Below are positions 23,766-31,293 of a stretch of DNA of 34,311 bases, in pieces. Source of the stretch: a virus. Lineage: Duplodnaviria > Caudoviricetes. The notes under the pieces were generated by a model. That model saw only the letters and a program-made list of their open reading frames with translations, was not told the origin of the DNA and ran no database searches. The stretch is taken from positions 1 to 34,311 of the IMG/VR virus record IMGVR_UViG_3300027689_000041; one strand, written 5' to 3'. The position numbers were made by a program, and so were the translations under genes. The stretch's first letter is position 1, and each line of letters starts with the position of its first letter.

Positions 23766-24538
23766 TTTTGGTACTTTCCATCAATTATCTTGGCGAAATT
23801 GGTTGCGTTCACTATCCACACCAGATCAGGTCGCCATGTCCTGTCCTTGGTTTCAAACCCCTGCGCCAGCTTGGTGTCGTTGGCAATGTAGTTAAAAAAC
23901 GAATCCCACCATGTCAAACCATCGGCTTGGGTTGCATACCCATGTGGGCTGAATACAGACGGTTTAGCGGCTTGCAACCACCTTTGCCGTAGGTTGGTCT
24001 GCCTGACCCCATCCCACACCCGTGGCTGGGCAAGCTGTGGCAAATGCTTTTTGTAGAGATTCAGAATGTCCTGATGGGGGCAAGTCGGCAACCCTGCCGA
24101 CAAAGAATCTTTAGATTCTTTTATATGGTTATTGGTTATTGGTTCATGGTTCATGGTTAGTTGAACGTCTGTTGAACGCACGTTCAACGCCTGTTCAACG
24201 CTAGTTGATTCTTTGTTTAACGCTCGTTTAAGTGCCGATGCTTTTCCTGCCTTAGATGCGGTTTCAATTTGCAAATGGTAATGATCAATTTCTTTGTCGC
24301 AACGTGTGTGATGCCATTCGTTGTTTTCCAAAGTAAAAAACATATCCAAAATGCCACTTAAAACCTCTTGCTGGTCACGGGCGTTAACCTTCATTGAAAG
24401 TTCAAACAATGAATTAGGTAGTGCTTGTTCGGTGTCGTAGTAAATCCACAACAATTTCAAATAAATTCCAACTTCTTCATTTGTCAAAAATGAAGTGTCT
24501 TTGATGAAATCACCAATGTGGTGCTGGTAGTAATGCAT
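23762..24538 (-). CDS. Replication initiator, YdaU/DUF1376 family (lambda O analogue)
   Basis: MHYYQHHIGDF..DT..L..EE.GIY.KLL..YY; internal iterons; C-terminal W...L.WI....NF.KII.GKY. Confidence 0.85.
   Translation of the reverse strand: MHYYQHHIGDFIKDTSFLTNEEVGIYLKLLWIYYDTEQALPNSLFELSMKVNARDQQEVLSGILDMFFTLENNEWHHTRCDKEIDHYHLQIETASKAGKASALKRALNKESTSVEQALNVRSTDVQLTMNHEPITNNHIKESKDSLSAGLPTCPHQDILNLYKKHLPQLAQPRVWDGVRQTNLRQRWLQAAKPSVFSPHGYATQADGLTWWDSFFNYIANDTKLAQGFETKDRTWRPDLVWIVNATNFAKIIDGKYQK
24126..24236. repeat. Probable replication origin: 5x7-bp plus 7x11-bp tandem repeats within the initiator gene
   Basis: TGGTTAT x2, TGGTTCA x2, TGGTTAG (24126-24160); GTTNAACG-type 11-mers in phase 24160-24236 (two degenerate); AT-rich flank. 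Confidence 0.8.
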
Positions 24539-24566
24539 AAAGCATCTCCGCAAATCTCCCAGAAAA

Positions 24567-24631
24567 GAAACCTCGGCAGGAGGGGAGTTCTCTTTTCGGT
24601 GGGGTAGCTACTCCCCACCTAGCCGTGTTTC
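24567..24631 (-). ncRNA. Three-way-junction leader RNA upstream of the initiator (C4 antisense-like architecture)
   Basis: GAAAC.CGGC(T)AG / CTGCCG..GTTTC outer stem; GTGGGG/CCCCAC hairpin; CGAAAA junction; GAG-AACTCCC-CTC hairpin. Confidence 0.6.
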
Positions 24632-24639
24632 AAACAATC

Positions 24640-24795
24640 TTACATTGAAAACCACTCAGGACGCAACACCATCAATTGCCAAATTCTTGCTTGGGGGACA
24701 GTTTTCCATTGGGAAACCGCCGATTGGTGAATGCCCAAGATTCTGGCAAGCTCAGTCTGTGACCCTGCCAATGCAATAAATTTGTCCTTGTCCAT
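24640..24795 (-). CDS. cro: Cro-like HTH repressor (51 aa)
   Basis: My translation: MDKDKFIALAGSQTELARILGIHQSAVSQWKTVPQARIWQLMVLRPEWFSM; classic Cro/YdaS HTH; absent from the ORF track. Confidence 0.88.
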   Translation of the reverse strand: MDKDKFIALAGSQTELARILGIHQSAVSQWKTVPQARIWQLMVLRPEWFSM

Positions 24796-24868
24796 TCGCA
24801 CATTGTACATAAGACCGCTAATACCCCCACAGTTGACTTGGGATTATAAGGTAGCTGATAATCACCCC
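24796..24868. promoter_or_regulatory. Divergent promoters with two 14-bp operator-like palindromes
   Basis: Leftward TACAAT (24807-24802); rightward TTGACT-N18-GATAAT (24833-24862); ATAAGACCGCTAAT (24809-24822) and ATAAGGTAGCTGAT (24846-24859). Confidence 0.7.
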
Positions 24869-24905
24869 ATGCCCTGAACTTCTCGGGGTCTTTTAAGGAG
24901 TCGCA

Positions 24906-25028
24906 ATGCTGAATGAAGCAGACATAGATGAATGGCGCTGGAGGCAAATACTTACCCGCCGCATACACCCAGATGACCAACCCCCAATTGAGGATGACCA
25001 AGATGAAATACCCCAGAACGATGAATGA
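24906..25028 (+). CDS. First early gene, 40-aa acidic peptide
   Basis: TAAGGAG RBS; my translation: MLNEADIDEWRWRQILTRRIHPDDQPPIEDDQDEIPQNDE. Confidence 0.7.
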   Translation: MLNEADIDEWRWRQILTRRIHPDDQPPIEDDQDEIPQNDE

Positions 25029-25170
25029 AGCATTCCCCCACACCGTGGAATATGGCGCTGCCATAGAAATTCACGTTGCCCAACATTCCACTGGCGACAA
25101 AGTTATCAGAGTTTTGGCCTTGATTGCTTTAATCGTGCTTTGTCTAGATATTTTTATTTGGAGACCGTAA
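25003..25170 (+). CDS. Small protein with C-terminal membrane helix
   Basis: MKYPRTMNEAF...VLALIALIVLCLDIFIWRP; GAGGA upstream. Confidence 0.7.
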   Translation: MKYPRTMNEAFPHTVEYGAAIEIHVAQHSTGDKVIRVLALIALIVLCLDIFIWRP

Positions 25171-25367
25171 TGAACGCTAACGAAATCATTGACAACATTA
25201 AATTTGTTGCTGACAAACAGTATGAAGGTGAACCCTCACAGAACCGCTTGGCCTATCACGTTGGGCTTTTGGAGTCCCATTTGCGTACGCACATCAACCT
25301 TGTGGAAACCGCCCAGGAATACATCAAAGAACTGGAAATGAAACTGATTGCAAAGGAATCGGAATGA
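25170..25367 (+). CDS. Hypothetical protein
   Basis: TAATG coupling; RLAYHVGLLES motif; coiled-coil end. Confidence 0.7.
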   Translation: MNANEIIDNIKFVADKQYEGEPSQNRLAYHVGLLESHLRTHINLVETAQEYIKELEMKLIAKESE

Positions 25368-25636
25368 AGATGATCACCTACTCACTTTTGTGCTGGATGG
25401 CCTGGGTAACTGCTGGTTGCTCTAGCTTGCCAGGGTCAACACCCCAAGCGCCCAATCAGGATTTGATTGTTGACAAACAAGTTCAACCGATGGGCAGGAA
25501 TGAGGTCATAGACGCTGTGCGCCAGTGCGAATCATCTGGCCTCCGCGCCATCCCGCTATACGCCAAACGCAAGATCAACGGCTACACAGTCGAAACTGTG
25601 GTTGAAGTTACTTGCGGCCCCAAATACGCTTACTAA
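25364..25636 (+). CDS. Predicted lipoprotein
   Basis: Signal peptide with lipobox TAG-C; two further Cys. Confidence 0.7.
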   Translation: MKMITYSLLCWMAWVTAGCSSLPGSTPQAPNQDLIVDKQVQPMGRNEVIDAVRQCESSGLRAIPLYAKRKINGYTVETVVEVTCGPKYAY

Positions 25637-25645
25637 GGAAACATC

Positions 25646-26275
25646 ATGAAAGTTTATAAAGCAATTAACGCTGTCCAGGCTGAATTGTCATCTGTTGGCA
25701 TTACAAAAGACCGCAGGAATATGCAAGGCAGCGGTTATAACTTTAGGGGGATTGACGATGTTTACAACGCAATTGCGCCCCTATTGGCAAAGCACAGCCT
25801 TTGCATTCTGCCTCGTGTGCTTGCGCGAGAGTGTATTGAGCGCATCAGCAAGTCGGGTGGCGCATTATTTTATGTGACTGTTGAGGTTGAGTTTGATTTT
25901 GTCTCAGCAGATGACGGGTCAAAACACACCGTTAAAACATTTGGTGAGGCAATGGATAGTGGAGACAAAGCCACCAATAAAGCTATGTCAGCCGCGTACA
26001 AGTATGCAGCCTTTCAAGCCTTTAGCATCCCCACAGAATCAGACAATGATGCAGATGCCCATACTCATTCTGTTTCTGCATCTCGCCCTGCGCCACAGAT
26101 TGACGCAGGAATGATGGCAGACCACATTGCCGCCATTGATGCCAGCGCAAACAAAGAAGAACTGCAAGCCGCTTACAAAGCCGCCTATGACGCTTGCAAG
26201 GGCGACCAAAATTGGATTGCAAAGGTCATTAAAGCCAAGGCAGATCGCATTGCCAAGGCAAAGGAAAAATCATGA
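25646..26275 (+). CDS. erf: ERF-family single-strand annealing protein
   Basis: YNFRGIDDV, GEAMDSGDKATNKAMSAAYKYA..F.IPTE..DAD. Confidence 0.9.
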   Translation: MKVYKAINAVQAELSSVGITKDRRNMQGSGYNFRGIDDVYNAIAPLLAKHSLCILPRVLARECIERISKSGGALFYVTVEVEFDFVSADDGSKHTVKTFGEAMDSGDKATNKAMSAAYKYAAFQAFSIPTESDNDADAHTHSVSASRPAPQIDAGMMADHIAAIDASANKEELQAAYKAAYDACKGDQNWIAKVIKAKADRIAKAKEKS

Positions 26276-26451
26276 GAAAAAAGAAAGAAATCGGTCTTGA
26301 GGAAATAACCCTCAAAGACTTTATTGCCATCTTTGCCATGCAAGCACTATTGTCTGATTCTGATTGGCGATCTGATATGGATTTCAATGACACGGCTTTA
26401 GCCGCTTTCACAATGGCAAACGAAATGATGGAGGTTCGCAATGGAAGTTGA
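26272..26451 (+). CDS. 59-aa hypothetical phage protein
   Basis: My translation: MRKKKEIGLEEITLKDFIAIFAMQALL...AFTMANEMMEVRNGS; ATGA coupling. Confidence 0.7.
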   Translation: MRKKKEIGLEEITLKDFIAIFAMQALLSDSDWRSDMDFNDTALAAFTMANEMMEVRNGS

Positions 26452-27064
26452 ACAACGCACAGAAGAATGGTTTGCCGCCCGTTTGGGCAAGGTTACCGCC
26501 AGCAGGGTGGCAGATTTGGTTGGCAAGACTAAGACGGGTTACAGCGCCACTCGTGACAATTACATGGCCCAGTTGGTGGTGGAACGCCTGACCCAGACCA
26601 AAGCAGAGTCCTACACCAATGCGGCAATGCAATGGGGTACAGATCAAGAACCATTTGCACGGGCGGCTTATGAAGCGGCACAGGGCGTTATGGTTGAAGA
26701 AGTGGGGTTTGTACCGCACCCATCAATTGAGTGGGCTGGTGCGTCCCCTGATGGCCTTGTTGGGGACAATGGGCTTGTTGAGATCAAGTGCCCAAACACC
26801 GCCACCATGATTGAAACGCTGCTATCCCAAAAAGTGCCAGGAAAGTACTTTATCCAGATGCAGTTTCAGCTTGCTTGCACAGGTCGCAAGTGGTGCGACT
26901 ATGTGGCGTTTGACTCTCGAATGCCAGCAAAAGCACAAATGTTTGTTAGACGGGTTGACCGTGATGACGAATACATTGCACATCTTGAAGAAGAAATTGC
27001 AAAGTTTCTTGTTGAGGTGGAATCCCAAGTTCAAAAATTAAACGCAATCATTGAAAGCAAATAA
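26441..27064 (+). CDS. YqaJ / lambda-exonuclease family recombination nuclease
   Basis: QRTEEWFAARLGKVTAS, WG...EP.AR, ASPDGLV, EIKCP, Y..QMQ.QL. Confidence 0.93.
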   Translation: MEVEQRTEEWFAARLGKVTASRVADLVGKTKTGYSATRDNYMAQLVVERLTQTKAESYTNAAMQWGTDQEPFARAAYEAAQGVMVEEVGFVPHPSIEWAGASPDGLVGDNGLVEIKCPNTATMIETLLSQKVPGKYFIQMQFQLACTGRKWCDYVAFDSRMPAKAQMFVRRVDRDDEYIAHLEEEIAKFLVEVESQVQKLNAIIESK

Positions 27065-27267
27065 TGGCAACAAAAAAACAACCAATAACCAATGCATTTG
27101 AACATTGCAATTTTTCTGCTTCAAACGATGCAAATGAACACACAGTTTCCGCAATAGAAGCATTGGCAGATGCGGCAAAAGCTAATGCGTTGGCAATTAC
27201 AGCAATTGCAAATTGTTTAAGAAGTTCACCAGCAACAACCGCCCCATTAATTCAAATAGGAAAATAA
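27064..27267 (+). CDS. Hypothetical Ala-rich protein
   Basis: 67 aa; TAATG coupling; AT-rich. Confidence 0.6.
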   Translation: MATKKQPITNAFEHCNFSASNDANEHTVSAIEALADAAKANALAITAIANCLRSSPATTAPLIQIGK

Positions 27268-27270
27268 ATC

Positions 27271-27513
27271 ATGTCTAAAGTTAAAAAAGAAATCACCGCC
27301 ATCGTGGGTCAGTACACCAATGCCCAAGGCCAGCAAAAGAACCGTTATCAACGCATTGGGTCGATCATTGACACCCGCAATGGGGAAATGCTCAAACTGG
27401 ATGTAATCCCACTCAAAGAAAACGGTTGGGACGGGTGGGCTTATCTAAATGACCCCAAACCCTACGAACCCAAGGGCTTGCCAGCAGATAACGATGACGA
27501 TCTGGCGTTCTGA
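27271..27513 (+). CDS. Putative single-stranded DNA-binding protein
   Basis: Beta-rich with aromatic residues and acidic C-tail DNDDDLAF; follows erf/exonuclease. Confidence 0.65.
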   Translation: MSKVKKEITAIVGQYTNAQGQQKNRYQRIGSIIDTRNGEMLKLDVIPLKENGWDGWAYLNDPKPYEPKGLPADNDDDLAF

Positions 27514-27515
27514 TC

Positions 27516-27809
27516 ATGCTTACATTTCCAAGGGTTCGCAGTTCTGACCCGCTGACCTCATTCCAGGCAGCGGATTCAGCCAAGGAATTGGCTAAAACAC
27601 ATTGGCGTGTAATCGTGGTTTGTCTTTTTCAGAATGGGCCATTAGGCAAAGATGGAATCGCTACCCACACGGGTATAGATGGCAACCAAGTGGCTCGGCG
27701 TTTAAAAGAACTTGAAACGCTGGGCTGGATTGAGTTAACAGGCAAAACAGTCGCATCTAAATCAAAGCGCCAGGAAAGGGAATGGCGCACAACTTTAGTG
27801 AGGGTTTGA
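27516..27809 (+). CDS. Winged-helix DNA-binding protein
   Basis: R.SDP.TS..AA; IATHTGIDGNQVARRLKELETLGWI. Confidence 0.7.
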   Translation: MLTFPRVRSSDPLTSFQAADSAKELAKTHWRVIVVCLFQNGPLGKDGIATHTGIDGNQVARRLKELETLGWIELTGKTVASKSKRQEREWRTTLVRV

Positions 27810-27810
27810 C

Positions 27811-28029
27811 ATGAATGAAGAAGATGAAGCATTTGAGGATTTAGCAAAGCGACAAGGGGATTGGGGTATGCAGGGGTCACGCAAACACCAGATCATGCGA
27901 TTTGCCGCAAACTCTGAACGCAATGCTGTGATTGAGGAAGTTGCCCAAGAACTAGACAAGTTTGCTGGTGCATTTGGCAGGGACACAGTTCAATCGTTTG
28001 CGGCTTATGTAAGAGGAATGAAGAAATGA
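27811..28029 (+). CDS. Hypothetical protein
   Basis: 72 aa; RNAVIEEVA...DTVQSFAAYVRGMK. Confidence 0.7.
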   Translation: MNEEDEAFEDLAKRQGDWGMQGSRKHQIMRFAANSERNAVIEEVAQELDKFAGAFGRDTVQSFAAYVRGMKK

Positions 28030-28241
28030 ATGAAATTGCTATTGGAGACATTGTGCAAGTCACACCAGACAAAGAAATGTTTGGTGCTTGCATGGTCGTG
28101 GTGACAGAACTCAAGAGTTTTGGCATTCAAGGATATGTGCAATCTGCGGGTATACCTGGACAGCAGTACATCCGCTTGAAGTTTGATGAATATGAGCCTA
28201 CTGGGGGTAAAGCTGTGTGGGTGGTTGGAGAACAAGCATGA
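28026..28241 (+). CDS. Hypothetical SH3/KOW-like protein
   Basis: IGDIVQV..beta-rich; ATGA coupling. Confidence 0.6.
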   Translation: MNEIAIGDIVQVTPDKEMFGACMVVVTELKSFGIQGYVQSAGIPGQQYIRLKFDEYEPTGGKAVWVVGEQA

Positions 28242-28663
28242 CACAAGATGTACTGAAGTATCTTCAACCCAACGCAGCTATTCCTATTGATATGGAGACC
28301 ACAAGCCTGTTGGTCAATGCCCTTAAAAAAGCATTGGCAGAACACGCCATGCGTGAGACACAAAGGCTTGGGCAAGAGATTGAGCAAAAGATTGGTTGTG
28401 TGAATCACGATTGTGACCAATGCAAAGCACAGCCAGAGCAAGAGCCGGTGATTGGCAAATGGAGTTTGCGTGAAGTGTATTTTGATGAAGATGGAGAGCC
28501 AATAAGCCACAGAAGCCCACCACAGCGCACAGAGCAGCCAGCACAGCGCACATGGGTGGGGCTGACTGAGCAAGACCTTGATTACCTTTGTAACTTAGCC
28601 TATACCGGAGATGAAGAATTTGCGTTAGCAGTGCAAGCAAAACTTATGGAGAAGAACGCATGA
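28238..28663 (+). CDS. Mosaic hypothetical protein
   Basis: ATGA-coupled start at 28238; QPEQEPV and QRTWVGLT modules. Confidence 0.7.
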   Translation: MTQDVLKYLQPNAAIPIDMETTSLLVNALKKALAEHAMRETQRLGQEIEQKIGCVNHDCDQCKAQPEQEPVIGKWSLREVYFDEDGEPISHRSPPQRTEQPAQRTWVGLTEQDLDYLCNLAYTGDEEFALAVQAKLMEKNA

Positions 28664-29322
28664 CACCGCTTGTGCAAAAAGCTGTCAGATTTGCGCCAGA
28701 ACCAGAAACCGCACTTTGGTTTGATGTTGGTCAAATGCAAAGCACTCTTGAAATGAAAGTGCCAGCAGATTTCTTAATGCACCTTCCATCCAAAAGAACG
28801 GGGATTGTTGGCCTTGATACAGCGGGGAAAGATTTTGCCCTATGGTTGCTTAAGGGCGAAGGTTCTGTGACCGTTGGAGGCTGTTCAATGTGGCATGGAA
28901 AATACTTCCCGCCTTATGCTTACATGGCAACTGATGACGGGTTTAAGATTTACCAAAAAGACAAAGAAATAACGATTGATGATGTAAAGCCTGTACATCG
29001 TATGGTGCTTGCTGTGTTGGTCAAAATCAATGCACAAGCGCAAGGTTATAGGGCAACACCAAAGCGCACATTTCTAAATCAAAAGCGGCAGGCAAAAGGC
29101 AAATCAGCATTGACATTTGATTGGCACACGATTGAGATTGAGCCGCCAAAGGTTAAGAACGACCCCCAAGGTGGCACACACGCAAGTCCAAGAAGGCATC
29201 AAGTCAGAGGGCATTGGCGCACCTATAAATCGGGCGTAAAAGGATGGGTCAAAGAGTGCTGGAAAGGCGATGCAAGCAAAGGATCTGTTTTTAAAGATTA
29301 TCAATTGAGGGAAACAACATGA
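28660..29322 (+). CDS. Hypothetical phage protein with HASPRRHQVRGHWR motif
   Basis: 220 aa; basic His/Arg C-terminal domain. Confidence 0.75.
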   Translation: MTPLVQKAVRFAPEPETALWFDVGQMQSTLEMKVPADFLMHLPSKRTGIVGLDTAGKDFALWLLKGEGSVTVGGCSMWHGKYFPPYAYMATDDGFKIYQKDKEITIDDVKPVHRMVLAVLVKINAQAQGYRATPKRTFLNQKRQAKGKSALTFDWHTIEIEPPKVKNDPQGGTHASPRRHQVRGHWRTYKSGVKGWVKECWKGDASKGSVFKDYQLRETT

Positions 29323-29480
29323 GCCAACCTTGGCTATACAGATTTGGTATGTGGCTTTGCGAAAAGACAGGCCACCTTGGGGCGCGTAGTGGTTGGATTT
29401 ACAACGGCTACTTCCACAGAGACTGCAAGATTTGTGGACGCATTGTGAGTGAACCAATTAAAAAGGATAAAAATGGATAA
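29319..29480 (+). CDS. 53-aa Zn-finger-like protein
   Basis: My translation: MSQPWLYRFGMWLCEKTGH...RDCKICGRIV...; ATGA coupling. Confidence 0.6.
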   Translation: MSQPWLYRFGMWLCEKTGHLGARSGWIYNGYFHRDCKICGRIVSEPIKKDKNG

Positions 29481-29601
29481 AGGATATTACTGTTTAATTT
29501 GCAAAAAACTACTTCTTGCAGATGAGTTTGGGGTAATTGTTCACGATGACATACCGCACCCACCAGATATGTCGTTTGATGAAGATAAAAAAACGCAATA
29601 A
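29473..29601 (+). CDS. 42-aa C2H2-type metal-binding peptide
   Basis: AAGGA RBS; my translation: MDKGYYCLICKKLLLADEFGVIVHDDIPHPPDMSFDEDKKTQ. Confidence 0.55.
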   Translation: MDKGYYCLICKKLLLADEFGVIVHDDIPHPPDMSFDEDKKTQ

Positions 29602-29615
29602 CAAAAGGAGAACAC

Positions 29616-29768
29616 ATGAAAGCACGAAAAGTATTCATAGCCCTCATGACGGGCAAAGGTTATGCTGATTCAGAACTTGTGTGGGATGGTGAGAAGTTCA
29701 CCAATCAGAACATGACTACCCGATGGAATTACTTTTTGTTGGGGTGGGAAATGAGGGGGGTTATGTGA
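29616..29768 (+). CDS. 50-aa hypothetical protein
   Basis: AAGGAG RBS; MKARKVFIALMTGKGY...RWNYFLLGWEMRGVM. Confidence 0.7.
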   Translation: MKARKVFIALMTGKGYADSELVWDGEKFTNQNMTTRWNYFLLGWEMRGVM

Positions 29769-29860
29769 TCGGATTGTTTTTAATCCTATGCCTGGGCGCT
29801 GCCGTTGTGGTGGCAGTCGCTTGGGTATTCGTTCAGATACTGCTATGGATGGAGGAATAA
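29765..29860 (+). CDS. 31-aa single-pass membrane peptide
   Basis: GTGA coupling after GAGGGGG; MIGLFLILCLGAAVVVAVAWVFVQILLWMEE. Confidence 0.5.
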   Translation: MIGLFLILCLGAAVVVAVAWVFVQILLWMEE

Positions 29861-30322
29861 CGCCCGTTCATCCTGGCGGCGTTTAACCAGCCCTGGCAAG
29901 ACTTTGCCACCGCCCTTGGTGTACTTTAGGAATTCATCCGCAGCACCCGCCTTGTCGCCTCTAAGCACCTTTTGGCGTAGCGTTGAACGCTGGGTTGTTC
30001 CCAAGCCGCAATTAAAAGAAAAAGAAACAAGGCTATCAAACATCCCTTGGCTAAGATCGACAGGAAATAAAGTGTGCACTCCACGTTCAAACCTTGCAAG
30101 ATCGTTTCTGAGAATGGCATTTACTTCTTCTGCTGAAAACGTGCGGTTATCCTCTGGACGTAGCTGATAACCATCTCTTTGATCAACAGGCATCTTGCCT
30201 TGATCTGGGTAAAGTACATGACCAACTCCAATCGTCCAAAGTTTTGCAGGGCAACGGTAAGGCTTAAACCTCACCCCTTCATGGTGCTTGACCATCTCCA
30301 CAGCTTCAAGGCTGATGTTCAT
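29843..30322 (-). CDS. Endolysin, GH24 phage lysozyme
   Basis: HEG....Y.C....WTIGVGH; FDSLVSFSFNCG; LPGLVKRR..E..LF. Confidence 0.93.
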   Translation of the reverse strand: MNISLEAVEMVKHHEGVRFKPYRCPAKLWTIGVGHVLYPDQGKMPVDQRDGYQLRPEDNRTFSAEEVNAILRNDLARFERGVHTLFPVDLSQGMFDSLVSFSFNCGLGTTQRSTLRQKVLRGDKAGAADEFLKYTKGGGKVLPGLVKRRQDERALFLHP

Positions 30323-30822
30323 TTTTTAAACGCTTGACCGCCAAACCAAAAACTGACAATGCAAGCCCAAATAATTTGAGTCTCATCATCCCACAAATGG
30401 TTTAGCGCCACATCAAAAGCAACATCTGTGTGCCAAGCATAGTAAAAACCAAAGATTTCAACAAACATAAACATCACAAACATCCCGTAAGTGATGACCG
30501 AACGGGTTGCCGCCCTCATGTTGATTACCCAAGTTGATGCACCTTGGCCTAGCGCCACGTCATGGGCGTACAGGGCTTGGCGTTCTTGCATGGCAGTCTG
30601 GGCATTGGTGACCTCGGCGGTAATCTGTATTTGCTCAGTTTGGATATGCTCGATGCGTTCCTGTGCTTCTAGGCCAGCTTTTTTAAGGGTTAGTTCCCGT
30701 TCAGTCTGCATTGCCGCCAGCGCCAGTTCATGTTTCTTGTCGGCACGGTCTTGGATGAATTCAAGGATTTTGGGCAGACCACCCATCAGGAAGCTGACTA
30801 GGGATGAAAACAAGGTTAGCAT
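30319..30822 (-). CDS. Holin-like membrane protein (3-TM type)
   Basis: N-terminal amphipathic helix, DKKHEL coiled coil, two C-terminal TM segments ending FWFG; coupled to endolysin. Confidence 0.7.
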   Translation of the reverse strand: MLTLFSSLVSFLMGGLPKILEFIQDRADKKHELALAAMQTERELTLKKAGLEAQERIEHIQTEQIQITAEVTNAQTAMQERQALYAHDVALGQGASTWVINMRAATRSVITYGMFVMFMFVEIFGFYYAWHTDVAFDVALNHLWDDETQIIWACIVSFWFGGQAFKK

Positions 30823-30825
30823 TTT

Positions 30826-31281
30826 TTAGCCTTTTAAATCAAAACTTAGATTGGCATGGCGGGGGTATTGAACAACACGTTCACCCTCGGGACATTTGTA
30901 TTTGATCGTTGCCAGCAAAGTTGCCTTGCCTTCAGCAATCTTTTCTTTTCTCACCATCGTCAACTGGTAGGTAAACGTGTCAATCTCTGGCCCTGCTGGG
31001 CCGCTGAATCTGCTTGCCGTGGTGGTCGCCTCATGCACCATACCCGCCGCATCCCGAATGCTTGGCGTAAAACTTTCAACAGAACAATCGTCCCGTTTTT
31101 TTATTCGTGCAACAGTGACATTTATGGGTTGTCCAACCTCTGCCACAATTTTAAAATGCTCTGGTGACCATTCAAGAATAGCCCTATCAAACCAGCCAAA
31201 TTTATCGGCTAACGTGTAACTGCCACCTAATGCGGCAACGCTTGCGGCAACAGCGCCAATGGCTTTGGTTAAATCAATCAT
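30826..31281 (-). CDS. Membrane-anchored protein of the lysis cassette
   Basis: Weakly hydrophobic Ala/Gly N-terminal helix; beta-rich domain with two Cys. Confidence 0.6.
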   Translation of the reverse strand: MIDLTKAIGAVAASVAALGGSYTLADKFGWFDRAILEWSPEHFKIVAEVGQPINVTVARIKKRDDCSVESFTPSIRDAAGMVHEATTTASRFSGPAGPEIDTFTYQLTMVRKEKIAEGKATLLATIKYKCPEGERVVQYPRHANLSFDLKG

Positions 31282-31293
31282 GCTTTTACCAAA

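Noticed and set aside
24672-25064. 130-aa minus-strand ORF as a possible cI repressor
   Set aside because: No HTH or peptidase motif; it crosses the promoter region and overlaps the real cro in another frame
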